DNA of 64,000 nucleotides. Origin: the human T2T-CHM13v2.0 reference genome, Homo sapiens. The stretch's first letter is position 1. Every line of letters starts with the position of its first letter. Below are positions 43,332 to 56,374 of this stretch, piece by piece. The notes under the pieces are model-generated. The model was not told the origin of the DNA. It saw only the letters and a program-made list of their open reading frames with translations, and ran no database searches. Both the position numbers and the translations under genes were made by a program. The DNA is taken from NCBI RefSeq assembly GCF_009914755.1, contig NC_060928.1, one strand, 5' to 3'.

Positions 43332-43945
43332 AATATTTTCTATTGCTGCATAACAGACTACCACAAATGTAGTGGCTTAAAACAGCATACATTTCTAATC
43401 TTGCAGTTTCATTGTGTCAGGAGGGTACCATGTTGAGTACTCTGCTGAAAGATCATCAGGCTGCAATCAAGTTATTGCCCAGGGCTGTGCTCTAATTTGA
43501 AACTTGGACTTCTCTTTCCAACAGTTGTTGCCAAAATTTAGTTGTTTGTGATCATAGAACTGAGGCAGTTTCCTGCCAGGTGGACATCTCCAGTACATGG
43601 CAGTTTGTTCCTTCAAGGCCAGGATGAGAACATCTCACTCCTTTTTATCTCTACCTTCAAAGAAGGCCTGAGATTTAAGCTTTGTCTGATAAGGTCAGTC
43701 CCACCCAGGATACCCCTCTTTTGATTAATTCAAAGTCCAATGATTTAGGCCTTATAAAGATTAAGGCCTTAATAAGGGCCTTAATCACATCTGTAAAATA
43801 CTTTCATCTCTGCCATATAAGACAACCTAACTGTGGAAGTGAAATCTCAGCATATTCATAAGTCCCACTCATCCTCAAGATTATACAAGGTAAGTACACA
43901 AAGAGTTAAGAATCTTGGGGACCATCTTAGCATTTTGTCTACCAT
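43332..43945 (-). mobile_element. MLT1E/F-like MaLR LTR
   Basis: 'ttttctattgctgcataacagactaccacaaatgtagtggcttaaaacagc...gaatcttggggaccatcttagcattttgtctaccata'. Confidence 0.8.
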
Positions 43946-44046
43946 AAACACTTTCAAAAGAAAAATTTTCCAATTTAGAAATATACACCCAGACAAAATA
44001 TCAGATAAAAATATTCCAGACATGCAAAGTTTCTGGAAATTGCCAA

Positions 44047-44620
44047 TGTACAGCAAAGAGTTAACACAGTAGGTCTGATATTGTTCTTTACAAGAACATG
44101 CTTGTGGGGTTGGCCCTTGGCTGACATTTGGGAACTTGGCTTTGGAATTTTCCTTATGTTACTAATTGATAAGGTTGTTGTGTCTGCCTGGGGTACTATT
44201 TTGTATGCCTGCTGTATCAACATATTCAGACTGTTTATGCAAAAATGCGATTTATGGTAAATGCTTGTTTTTCTTCTGGGAGTCTGGAATTTGGTAATTA
44301 TAATGGAGAGTTCCTAGGTAACCAACCTCATTAAAAACCCTGTATCTTGCATGAGTCTCAAGAGCTTGCCTGAGCAGAAACATTGTACAAGTGTTGCAGC
44401 ATTTTGTTGCTGGAGAAAGGAGCATGTCCTTGCAGCCCCAACACCATCTGAACTGGAAGAGAAAACTTGCAAGCCTATTCTTGACCTGTTTTAGGATTTA
44501 CCTGAGGTGTCTTTTCTCCTTGCTTTAAAAACCCATAGCCATAAGTGCAACTGCCTCTTGGTCCTGTAAGTTCTTCTGAAGGGTCACCACACATGGGGTT
44601 GTTGTGGGACCCCCAAAACA
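44047..44620 (+). mobile_element. MER68/MER77-like ERV LTR
   Basis: TG start 'tgtacagcaaagagttaacacagtaggtctga...ggttggcccttggctg'; ends 'gggacccccaaaaca'. Confidence 0.75.
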
Positions 44621-44909
44621 CCTCCAGTGCACCTTATTTAAAAGAAAGTTACCAGAAATACCCCAGAAAAATTAAGGTACAAACCAAGAAATAGGAAAAC
44701 GTTTCCAAGAAACAGTGGATGGAACCCAGGAAATCAGTAAATTCAAGGCCCCAGAAGACAACTGTGCATCAGCCTAGAGAGCAGCCAGTCTTGTTTGAAG
44801 CCAAAGAGTATACAAATATCACAAGTAAAATGTCGAGAGTGAGAATATAAGAAAAGCTGATAGTACACCACAAATGAGTCAATTGGCAAATTCACAGAAA
44901 AAGAACAAA

Positions 44910-45328
44910 AAATATATACTATGTATAATATAAATGATATATATCATATGTATGTATAATGTATATGAGATACATAAATTATATAATATAATTTAATATA
45001 ATATATTTAGTATAATATATAAATTACATATGGTAAAGAATATTATATATTCTTTATTAGAGATATAATATATAATAGGTAATATATTTCATAATTTAAT
45101 ATAATATATAATATATAAATATATACACATTCACACAAATTTAAACAAGAGCTCCCATATATATACATATATATACATATATATACACACACATATATAT
45201 ACACATATATATACACACATATATATATACACATATATATACACATATATACACATATATATTATATATATACACATATATATATTATATATATACACAC
45301 ATATATATATATTTTATATATATATATA
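44910..45328. repeat. AT-rich low-complexity region and (TA)n/(TACA)n array
   Basis: Read directly; abuts the T tail of an Alu stub. Confidence 0.9.
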
Positions 45329-45375
45329 TTTTTTTTTTTGAGACAGAGTTTTGCTCTGTCACCCAGGCTGGAGTG
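45329..45375 (-). mobile_element. Alu 3'-end stub (~36 nt plus tail)
   Basis: 'tttttttttttgagacagagttttgctctgtcacccaggctggagtg' then switches abruptly to MIR-like sequence. Confidence 0.85.
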
Positions 45376-47241
45376 AATGTTATTGAATATACAGTTTTCA
45401 TTAGGCACCATACTAGATACTTTACATTTATTGCTCATGTAGTCTTCACAGAAACCTTTTTGGGGTATTGAAATGTCTACATTATTGATGTTGCAGCTCA
45501 TAATTATGAAATTTCTTCCTTGTAGTCAGAAAGTAAGTAGAACTCCTGAAAGAACAGTAATTTGGGACCAAGTTTGTTTTACTTATGTCCATATATGTCC
45601 ATCACTAATACTGCCTTCAGTCTATTTCAGTACAGTTCTGTAGTTTCTCGGAAGAAATTGCTTCACTGATGTTGTTATTTGACAATTTGCCACCCACTCT
45701 CATGCCTATTGTAGGTGATTAGAGACGTTTACGCAACTGAAAATAAAAGATGTGGGAAAAATACAGTGAAATCTCTTGAGGCTTTTTAGTTGTTGTTTAA
45801 AACTTTTTACTATTATGGTTTGTCTAAAAGTTATCTCTCTATACAAGTTTCACTTTGACATGTTACCTTATCATATACTTAATAAGAGGAGGCTGATCAT
45901 ATGAGGTATAGAGTCACTCTTTGGATTTTAGTTTTGAGAGTTACTATTATGAGAAACACATTCATGCTGATAAATAGATCTATGGGAATATAGTCAAGGC
46001 TCCTAGAGTCCATACTTCCTTGTATCATAGTCCTCAAACCCTGCTTAAGATAGCTAATTGGTACACATATGCACAAATATATTTGATATATGGCAACCAA
46101 ACTCCTGCAATAACACATATATCCAGACATTTAAAAAGTAGGCCTTTATAAGCCAGGATATAGACCAGGTTCACAATTTAAAAGGATGCTGTTCCTTGGA
46201 TGATACCCTTCACCTTGTGACACCAAATCTGCTTGACACATCACCATTGTGATAAAGGCAATAATCGCCAAGAAACTTTCTATGCTGCCCCAAATCCAAC
46301 CAATTGCTCATTTTCTCACCCCTTTCCTTGATTGAAAAGCAACAGCATTCCTTTGTGAAACTACTCAATGAATAATTGGTGAGGGATATTTTAAGATAAC
46401 AAGAAATCAGAGATTATGTAACAGCCAGAAGAGAAATTATTATAATAGCCTTGGTCAATGAATGCAGATGTGAAATAATTTACCTGTAATTTGACTTTCC
46501 TAGATACAGTTTTGCAGAAAGTTGCTGGACCCTTGATGACTGCAGCAAGGACAAGAAGCTGCAGTCAGACTAAACGAGGCTAAAAATTATATCATAAACT
46601 GAGAACTTATCTTTAATTATTTGTATTTCTTTTGTTATAAATAACTTTTGAGTGAAAAATAATATATCTTTTCTTTGGTAAGTGACAGATGGCTTAGACT
46701 GGCAAATTTGCTTACAGTAAATTTATAAGAGAAAAATAATCCTTCATGTATCAAAAGGGTAACAATAAGTCAAATACTAAGATTTGGATCTAACCCCTCC
46801 GCCGTGGACCATGAATGCATATCTCTGATCTAATACAATATTTTAAAAAGCTCTCTTTTGAAATATGTGTTGTGTGCATTATTTCAAGAGATGTATGGCT
46901 AATTTCTCATATGCTATGAAAAACTGATTTTTAACTGACCTTTTCTGTGAATTAAATGTGTGTGTGTATGTGTGCCTTTCACTGTTCGTAAATTTATAGT
47001 GGGAATACAACCATAAGCTCAGAAGTTTGAATGTTCTTACATGGCAATAACATGGAGCATATTTTCATTCCTTTAATTTTGTTTTGCAAAATGGAAGTAG
47101 CCTGAAAAATAAAGGAGAAATTTAATCTTGATTTACATAAATAAATCTAGCTATTTATTTTCTCCTATCAAAATTAATGGAGACTAAAAACTTAGACAAA
47201 ATAAAACAGATCCCTCCGTAAGAATTCTTAGGTCTTTCTCC

Positions 47242-47543
<302 letters not shown>

Positions 47544-49149
47544 TAATAGTCTTCTGACAGTCACTCTATCATGGTTTTTATTTAACTCTGAATTACAGAA
47601 AATTCTACTACTATGACTTATGCTAATTATTAATTATAGGTTAACATTTCTCATATAAAGACATTCTGAAGGAGGGAATCCAGAGCAGGTATTTTGGCTT
47701 AACATCGCATTGATAACTTGGCAATCTTTATTTTCCTACTTCACTAATTTTAGCCTGTGATTTTGGTTGCTATGATCACAGGATGATTGACCTATATTCA
47801 GTAACATGTTTCGATTAATTTAAGAAGGAGGGAAAACACCAAAAGAAGATAGGTCCTCCATGGATTGCTTTGCATAACTAATCATCTTATTGGAAGACAT
47901 ACATAATATGGGAAAATATATACTTTATCTTTACTATCTCGTAAAGGAAAACAAGGACATTAATTTGTAAATATCTTGTGAGAAGTCCATTCAATGTGCT
48001 CTATAGTTATTAATCAAAATGCTATCCTTTTAATTAGAAGGAGTTGAGTCACTTTGAGATTCAATTGAGCACTAGAGTGAAATGAAAGTCACTCCTTAGT
48101 AAAAGTGAAAAATTTTTTCCATGCATTTCCTACATATGGTAGTAAATAATATTTTTTATTTGCTTAGATTTGTCTGTTTTTTTTTCTTGGGAGGGGACAA
48201 TATCTGTTATAGATCTTTATTTTGGAGCCGCATGTTTGTTATGTCTACGTTGTTAGCACCTCAGGAAAAAAAAAATCACTTATTTGTATTTCTCTTTTTT
48301 GTTTTCCGGCACATAGCATTGTTCAGGGCATCAACACACATCTACAAACACTGATAGATTAAATGAGTGAATAGTTTAACTAATTTTAATATATCAAAAA
48401 ATTGTTACTTGAAGTGGTTTTAAGGAAAACCTTTATTTACTACAGCTATTATAAGATTGACATAGTTTAGTTAACAATATTAGGAACTTCAGAAATATAT
48501 GAGTAATATTTTATGTGTACACCAAAATAATATATTTGAAATTAAATTTTTGGAGATACTTCCTCTTATTTCACTGCATCTTGTCATGCTACTCAATATG
48601 AGTGTAATTCCACATAGGCATAATGGCTATTATCCAGTATTGATTTCCACAGACAGCTTGTGAGTCATTTCTGCTATCTTTTTCCATGTGATTGTCATGA
48701 CAACCTGACCAAACTTATTACATCTTTAAGGCAGAGACTGGATGAGGTACATTGATTAAAATATCAGAAATTTTTTTTGCACCAAAATCTTTTTAGGGTC
48801 CTTTTGGAGGGGTCAATTATATTTTTAAGGAAAGAATGAATGAGGATTTGGATACTTTTACATGCTCACATATTTTCTATATAATTTAGTATAATAAAAC
48901 TATATACAATGCTCTTACAAACTGTATACTCCTACATTTAAAAAAGACCTTTCGTTGTAAGCATTAGAGAACCAGAGCAAAAAAAAAAAAAAATCTCTCT
49001 TGCTATTCTACTTTTGATAATGAATGAAATGAGAAGGCACTAGGATATTAAGTGGTAGATCCATTGTTTAAATTTAGGATTTGGTATAGGTATGCTTAGA
49101 ATTGATTTTTTGACCAGCTTTTGCTTTAGTTTAATCTTATTAAATTGGG

Positions 49150-49570
49150 CTAAGTAAAAATGATTCAAAACAGAGGTTGTGCAGGCCTCACTGGAGCTCA
49201 TTGAGATATCTGATTTTATTTTGCTTCTGGGAACATGCCCCTTGGAGATGAGCATGGCCATATGCTTTGTGTTGGCCAAGATAATGTGAACCTATGTTGA
49301 CATATATATTTTCTGAGCAGAAGGATTTAAAAGTCATGAATGGTTATCCATACATTCTTCTTCTGCCATTGCAATAATGAAAGCACATGTTAATATGGAG
49401 TGCCAAGAAATCAAAGCAGCCTGGAATGATGAGTTGACAGAAAAGACAGCTGCTCTGGAGAGTCATTCAGAAACACAAGAGACTGCATGACTGAGAAATA
49501 AACTTTACCTAAAGTTTCTGATCCCTTGATAATGTTATTAGTGTAATATTAATAAGTCTACCTAGGCTAA
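49150..49570 (+). mobile_element. MLT1J-like LTR
   Basis: 'gcatggccatatgctttgtgttggccaag...gacagctgctctggagagtc...gagaaataaacttt'. Confidence 0.6.
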
Positions 49571-51093
49571 ACCTCTAGATTCTCAAAATCTTGAGAAATA
49601 AGATTAAAGGTTTCAAAATTATCTATTTATTTTACTAATAAAATGTAAAGTGAGGGAGAAAATCTAATCATGGCATGGGGGAGCTGCAAGTAGACTTTCT
49701 AAATAAACTGAAATAGACAGTCTTCACTACCTCCAAGCCACCCGTATAGGTGGAATCCCTACTTGGAAACCTTCTCAAAAAAAGCTTAGGGAATAGGTCA
49801 GTGGGGAGAAGTCTCAACCTTGATGGCAGATTCACTACCAAAACGGAAAGGGGAGAACAGAGTTCAACATGAACAGTTTATCGTCACCAAATTTTCTAAT
49901 TAGTTGAAGTCATTCCGTGTCCCCTGAGAGTTAAGACAATAATGAACAAAGGCTAGAAATATACCAGGAGCTCCACTTGAAGGAAACCGGTATGGAAGAG
50001 ACTTCTAGCTGATGGTGCCCTACGGGACTCTCTAGCCCTGACCTTCTTCTCCAGTTACACATTATATTCCTATATTTTATTTTGAAGACATATGCACATG
50101 TCATTTCCTTTGAATTAAGCTGTCTTCCAGTCTCTCATTATTCAGGCATTTCTTATTTATCATTCAAATCTCTACTCAATAGTCCTTTCCCCAGTTAAAC
50201 TTTCCCTGCTTTCTTAATTAGTTCAATTTTCTTTATTGAAAGGTTTTTATAGCATCATACATCTCTTATGTACCTATCACATTTGTGATTTTGTAATCAT
50301 TATATAATTAATTTTATTAGTATATGTCTCTCTCATATGGTTATTAATTGAATAATATTATATCTGTTTTCTCCATAATTTATTTTGCATCCCTAGCATG
50401 TTGGAACTGTCTCTCTCTGGCTCCCTCATTCTGCCCTTCTCTTTCTCTCTCTCTCTCTCTTCCTTCCTTCCACATTTGATCTCTCTGCCTCCTTCTCCTT
50501 CTACCTAAGACCAGGTGTTGGTGAAGAGCCTGGTGGGATGGCAATACTGCATCAAGGACAATGATTCCTTTCATCTTTTTTTACCCAGCCTTCCTTTTTT
50601 GTGTTATCCTTGCTACATGGTCAAAGCTGTGTCACTGTCACAGTGTTGTTCAGGCCCCACTCAGGAAGTAATAGTGGAAGTAGGAGAAAACCAATTTTAC
50701 TTTAATTGAGTGACCCAGAATTTACCCACAGCATTTCTATTAAGTGTTACCAGCTCCCAGGGAGGTTAGGGAACATTATCTGAGCAGGCAGGCAGTTAAA
50801 ATTCTTACTAATAGAGAGATGTATGATAGATCTTGTGGAACAACTAACCATTTGCCACATAGCTATTTAGAAAAGAGGATTCTGACTGCAAGAATCACAG
50901 CATTATTTTAAATATTTATTCCACCATCTTTTCAATTTTTTCAGTTATTTGGCCTTAAGATTTTTTTAAGTTTTGCTTTTTTCTTAAGTAATTCATTTTG
51001 TTCCAAGATTTTAAATAAATTTTAAATTTCATAATGCAATTTAATGGATAATGTAGAAATTCAGGAGCAAAATTATATTTTATAAAACTGTTA

Positions 51094-51410
<317 letters not shown>

Positions 51411-51659
51411 AAAACTGTTAAATAATCCTATTCCATTAAAGAAACATATTTAAAAACAAAGAACAAACAAGGAACGTTTTCCAAAATGTTTTGCTAAATT
51501 AGAAGTGAATGCTGATTTACCTAAGTTACCTTATAGCACAGGTTTTCAAATTCTGTTAAGCAATGTTATATAATTTTGAGTAGAACCCTAAGGAGTCACT
51601 GTGTATGTGTGAGGGTGGGGAGTTGGAGTTGTAGCTCATCTTAAAGAAACTGAAAATGC

Positions 51660-52143
51660 TGGGCTTTGAACTTTTTCCTGGAGTTTTGATTATTGCAAAT
51701 AAAACTGCTAGGAACTTCATATGTAAATATATATGTGTAGGTGTGTATATATATCACATATGCATTTTATTTATATATGTTTTTGTTGCAAATATACATG
51801 CAAATTGAATTGCTGGATCATAATCTAATATGTTTAATCTTTGAAGGAACTGCAAAAAGCCAAAATGCTTCCCAAAGTTGTTCTAAAAATTAACTACTGA
51901 AACCATCTGAGCCAGGACATTTATTTTTTTACAAGCTTTTAAATCATAGATTCCATTTATTTAATATTTAGGACTGCTCAGGTAATCCACAGCATGTTGG
52001 GAGAGCTTTGGTAGTTTGTGTTTTTTTAAGGAATGTATCCATTTTCTCTACTTTTAGAAAGAATTGCTGGTAGGGTTCCCTTATTCTCGTTTTAATAGCT
52101 GTAGGATTTCTAGCCATATCACTAGGATCTCTCTCTGTTTCGG

Positions 52144-52178
<35 letters not shown>

Positions 52179-52380
52179 CTGAGGTCTACTTTTTCTTATA
52201 GCCACTTCTGATTTCTTTTTACAAAATGAATGTTTACATGGTATGTCTTATTTTTTCTATTACTTTCAACTTATCTGTATTGTTATATTTGAAGTAAGCT
52301 TTTTGGAAATATGGTTGTCCTTGGAGTTACTTTTATACACCTCTTTCATTTTAAATAGTGCTTTTTCCAATAAAAGTGAC
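51660..52380 (-). mobile_element. Fragmented old L1M pieces
   Basis: 'tgaattgctggatcata...tttgaaggaactgc', 'tgaaaccatctgagcc', 'gctctgaggtctact...tttcaacttatctgtattgttatatttgaag'. Confidence 0.6.
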
Positions 52381-52842
52381 AGGATATAAAATTCTACTGT
52401 CTTAGCCCCCACTGAGATTCAAAGACATCAACTAGAAATTTCAGAGTGTGCTTCATGGTCTTACAAGAAGTGGAAAGTCATTTACAGGTATTTTCTAGTT
52501 TAGTATTTTAAAAAAGCACCCCTTAGGAATTCAGCAGATGATACATCTTAAATTAGTGTTAAGAGTAAGCAGTGGCCTATGCTGAGCCTCAAAATTCTCT
52601 GAAATTAGTCATTAGTGAATTTCACAATCGTAAGGTAAAGTACAAGGATACTATGGTACATAGAAGAGGGCCGATTTTAAGAAAGAAAAAAAATAAAGAA
52701 ATAAAATATTCCCTTAGGGTCATCTTAATAATTTTTGAAATAAAAAATTAAGAAAGAAATTATCATAAATTCTATATTCATATACATATCCACATGAATA
52801 GCTTTACATTTTTTCTAGTTCCTAAGGATTAAGTTAATCATA

Positions 52843-52980
52843 CACCACCACGCCTAGCTAATTTTTGTATTTTTAGTAGAGACGGGGTTTCACCATGTTG
52901 GTCAGGCTGGTCTTGAACTCCTGACCTCAGGTGATCCGCCCACCTTGGCCTCCCAAAGTACATGAGCCACCGTGCCCAGC
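52843..52980 (-). mobile_element. AluSx-like fragment: left monomer and linker, nearly all of the right arm and the tail missing
   Basis: 'ccaccacgcctagctaatttttgtatttttagtagagacggggtttc...tgacctcaggtgatccgccc'; the 'gctgggattacagg' segment is also deleted. Confidence 0.9.
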
Positions 52981-52992
52981 TTATTTAAAAAT

Positions 52993-53892
52993 TGATGCAA
53001 GATTTTTCGTGGCCCTTTCATTGGATTTGTGACAGGGACAAATGTTTACTTGGCCCACTGTTCTCAACCCCTTGTGAAAGCGAGCATATGAGTGAGCTAA
53101 TGCAGGACCAGCTAGTTGCTCCAGGCGCCAGTGAGAGCAAGCTCTGTGCAGGACCTGTGGCAGCATACTAGTGGGGGAGCCTATGACCCCAAAACACCAG
53201 AGGGGGTGTTACAGCTCTCCTTTAGTTCCACTGTCTGTGGATGGCTGTGTGTTAAAAGCTCAGCTGAACCCTTGCCTCATCATGTGGGGCAGCTGCCCTC
53301 CACCAGTGAGGGCAAAGGGCTGGTGTGACAGCCTTTTTGGATATCCGCACTTGGTGGGTCCCAAGCTCTTGTCCAGCATCCAAGAACAATGAGGTCGCAT
53401 GGGCACTTGAAGGATGGTGAAGGCAGAGAATTTTATTGAGCGGTGGGAATGGTTCTCAGAGGAGACGGGAGCTGGAGAGGGGAGGGGAAGGGCAGATAGT
53501 TCTCCCTGAATTCCAGCCATCTTCACTGAAGTCAAGCTGTCTCTTCTTCCCCAAAGTCCAGCTATCTTCTCTCCAAAGTCGACCCGTCTCTTCTCCAAAG
53601 TCCAGCCATCTTCTTTCCAAAGTCAAGAGGCCTCTTCCCTCTACTGACTGAGCCTGGAGTCTTTATAGGCACAATATGGGGATAGGGTGGGCCGTAGGTT
53701 GTTTTGGAAAACGTAATATTCAACTGGTAAAAAGACATTATTCAGAAAGAACCAATCAGGAGAAAGCAGGCAAACAGAAAGAGAAGTTCTCACTTTGGGC
53801 TGCAGGTTTTAGGCTACCTTGGCTTGAAGGTGCGGTTTCACCAGGGACCTGCCCCTGTCTGCCTAGAATTTCTCTGCCTCCTCCCTCTATCA
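52993..53892 (-). mobile_element. ERV1 solo LTR (MER52/MER61/LTR27 group), 900 bp
   Basis: Minus strand TGATAGAGGGAGGAGGCAGAGAAATTCTAGGCAGACAGGGGCAGGTCCC...AAAATCTTGCATCA; AATAAA near 53435; 4-bp TSD aaat at 52989-52992 and 53893-53896. Confidence 0.88.
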
Positions 53893-54089
53893 AAATTATG
53901 ATAATAAAATTAAGCTGAAGACTTTCTATGGTTACCTGTACACTATTTTGGTGATATTCTAATATTTTGTTCACATTGTAAAATTCTCTGTAAATAATCC
54001 AACTGGAAACTCTCATATTATAGATAAAAACTAGATACATCCCCACTGACATTTCTAGTTAAGATTCTTTTAGTTTAAGATAGTAGGTT

Positions 54090-54400
54090 GGGCTGGCAGC
54101 GGTGGCTCACGCCTGTAATCTCAGCACTTTGGGAGGCCGAGGCGGGTGGATCACAAGGTCAGGAAATCGAGACCATCCTGGCTAACACGGTGAAACCCTG
54201 TCTCTACTAAAAATACAAAAAATTAGCCGGGTGCGGTGGCGGGTGTCTGCAGTCCCAGCTACTCAGGAGGCTGAGGCAGGAGAATGGCGTGAACCCGGGA
54301 GGCGGAGCTTGCAGTGAGCCGAGATGGCGCCACTGCAGTCCGGCCTGGGCGAAAGAGCGAGACTCCGTCTCAAAAAAAAACCAAAAAACAACAAAAAAAA
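54090..54400 (+). mobile_element. AluY full-length, CpG-rich
   Basis: AluY diagnostics 'gaatggcgtgaacccgggaggcggagcttgcag'; 13-bp TSD aagatagtaggtt at 54077-54089 and 54399-54411; TT|AAGA endonuclease site. Confidence 0.96.
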
Positions 54401-56374
54401 GATAGTAGGTTAATATGCAATATCTGTTACCTGTGATTCTAAAAATTTAGTTATGAATAAAATGGTAGATTCCCAATCCGAATACAACATAGTAATTAGA
54501 TATCAAACACCGCGCTAAAGGATTTTTGTGGGTTTTCTCACTTAATCATTACAAAAATCCCACAAGTTATTTGTTATTATTATTCCACTTTTTCAGACCA
54601 GAAAAGCAAGTCTAAGGAGAAGTTCCAAAATTTTCATTTTTAAAAGCACTCCAGATGATTCTATTATAGGTAGTTCAGAAAATGAGGTGAGTTATATCAT
54701 ACTTCCAACATTAGAATTGATAATACATGGATATGATTTGCAGTATATTAACATGATAAAATATGCAAGATTTTCTAAATTTCTGTTTGTAGGTTTAACC
54801 AATAATCTAAGGTGCTGCAGGAAAACTATGTGTTTGTATAAAGAAAAGAAAGATATGTTCCTTTTATGAATATGTATGATGAATCCAATAGAGGAAAATA
54901 TTTCCTTATTTTTTAATTATATATTCAAACAAATTGTTTTTGATACTGAACTTTTTGATCTTAGATACATCGTTTAATCATAATTTGAACTTTTTTAAGC
55001 TGAGCTTTGTCATTGTTTTGACATTCCCCAAGCTCCTTGATTCTTAATTAGGATTGAACTATAGAATAGTAACTACAGCAGATTAATCCTTTTAGAATGC
55101 TTAAATTGTTTATGAACAACCCATATTCACAATCCATTTCTAAAACTTAATTTTTATTTACTTTTAATTTTTTGAGAGATGCATCTTTTATTTTAAAATA
55201 GTGGTAAATTTAAAAATGTGGTGCATTTTTCTCAAGATCAGATAAATCACTTGCATATTTTATATTATTTTTGTTGGGAGACATGCTTTTTCTTCATTAA
55301 TCACCTTTAGGCAAACTGAAGTTATCTGAAATGAAGTATCCCTGTAGAGTTTGCTTTGACTATTTCAATCGAAGATTTGTGTTAAGATTTTGAGCAACTA
55401 ATAGTGATAGTTTTAGATATGAGACTGTTGAGCCTATCCAAGAAGCTAAATTGTCTTTGGATCTCAGATAATTATTTACAATCAGACATAAGGATGAAAA
55501 TATTTCTGTGAAGTTGATTGGAAGAGGAAATATCGATTAATTCATCTGCATAATAATTATGTTTAGAAATGGCAACTTAGGTGGGTCCTTCTCCTTAAGG
55601 AAAATAACCAAGCCCAATATTTAGGTAAAATATTTATAAAGATAAGTACAAACAATATTCTATATAAACACTGGAAATTGTTATCAAAAGTTATTTTTTT
55701 AACCCTAAAGAATCCCTAAAGGATCTAATAAAGTCAGAGTCAAGATAGATTAAAACAATGTCCTAAGTCTCCTTGGAGGCAAATTTAAGATTCCTTATGG
55801 GAAGAGTTTCTGAAGAGAAAATGCAAAGGTTGAGGTTTAAGTTTACCACCCAAGCTTCTGACTAAAGACTCACAATCAGAGCACCCACAATTTATTGCTG
55901 ATTGATCATTTAGTCGAGAATATTTACAATGCTTGATAAAAAGTCAAGTATGGTTATTGAAATAATGTTTTACTTGATTTATTTGAATGAACAAAAACTG
56001 TCGCACTTCAATTTTTCCTCACAACTCTCTAATATTTGTCCCTATACATCTTTGCCATTTTAATGGGCACTGGATTAAAATAAGAACACTATATTGTATG
56101 ATTCTTCTCCAGTTCCACACAGATTCAATCACTGGAAGACTTTCATCCAGTAGCCTTAATTAACTATACCCTGAACAAGTCCTGAACAAGGCAGGAGGAT
56201 TTATTTTTTCTACATCTTTATCAATCTTTGTATCCTGTACATCTGAAGTAAAACAGTATCTTTCTTCCCTGATATATACTGTTCTCTTTAGCATCTACTA
56301 TGCTTTTGCATTTCATTGTTCTGTACTTCTATTAGATGTTAAAAATAAAATTCAGTTTACAGAAAAAAGGCAAA

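Larger units (their letters stand above)
43200..44810 (+). mobile_element. HAL1 (ORF1-only L1 relative) remnant, split by two LTRs
   Basis: ORF1-like 'FQFRNIHPDKIS..IPDMQ' at 43966-44030 and HAL1-like 'aaaccaagaaatagg...gacaactgtgcatcagcctagagagcagccagtc' at 44680-44790. Confidence 0.6.
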
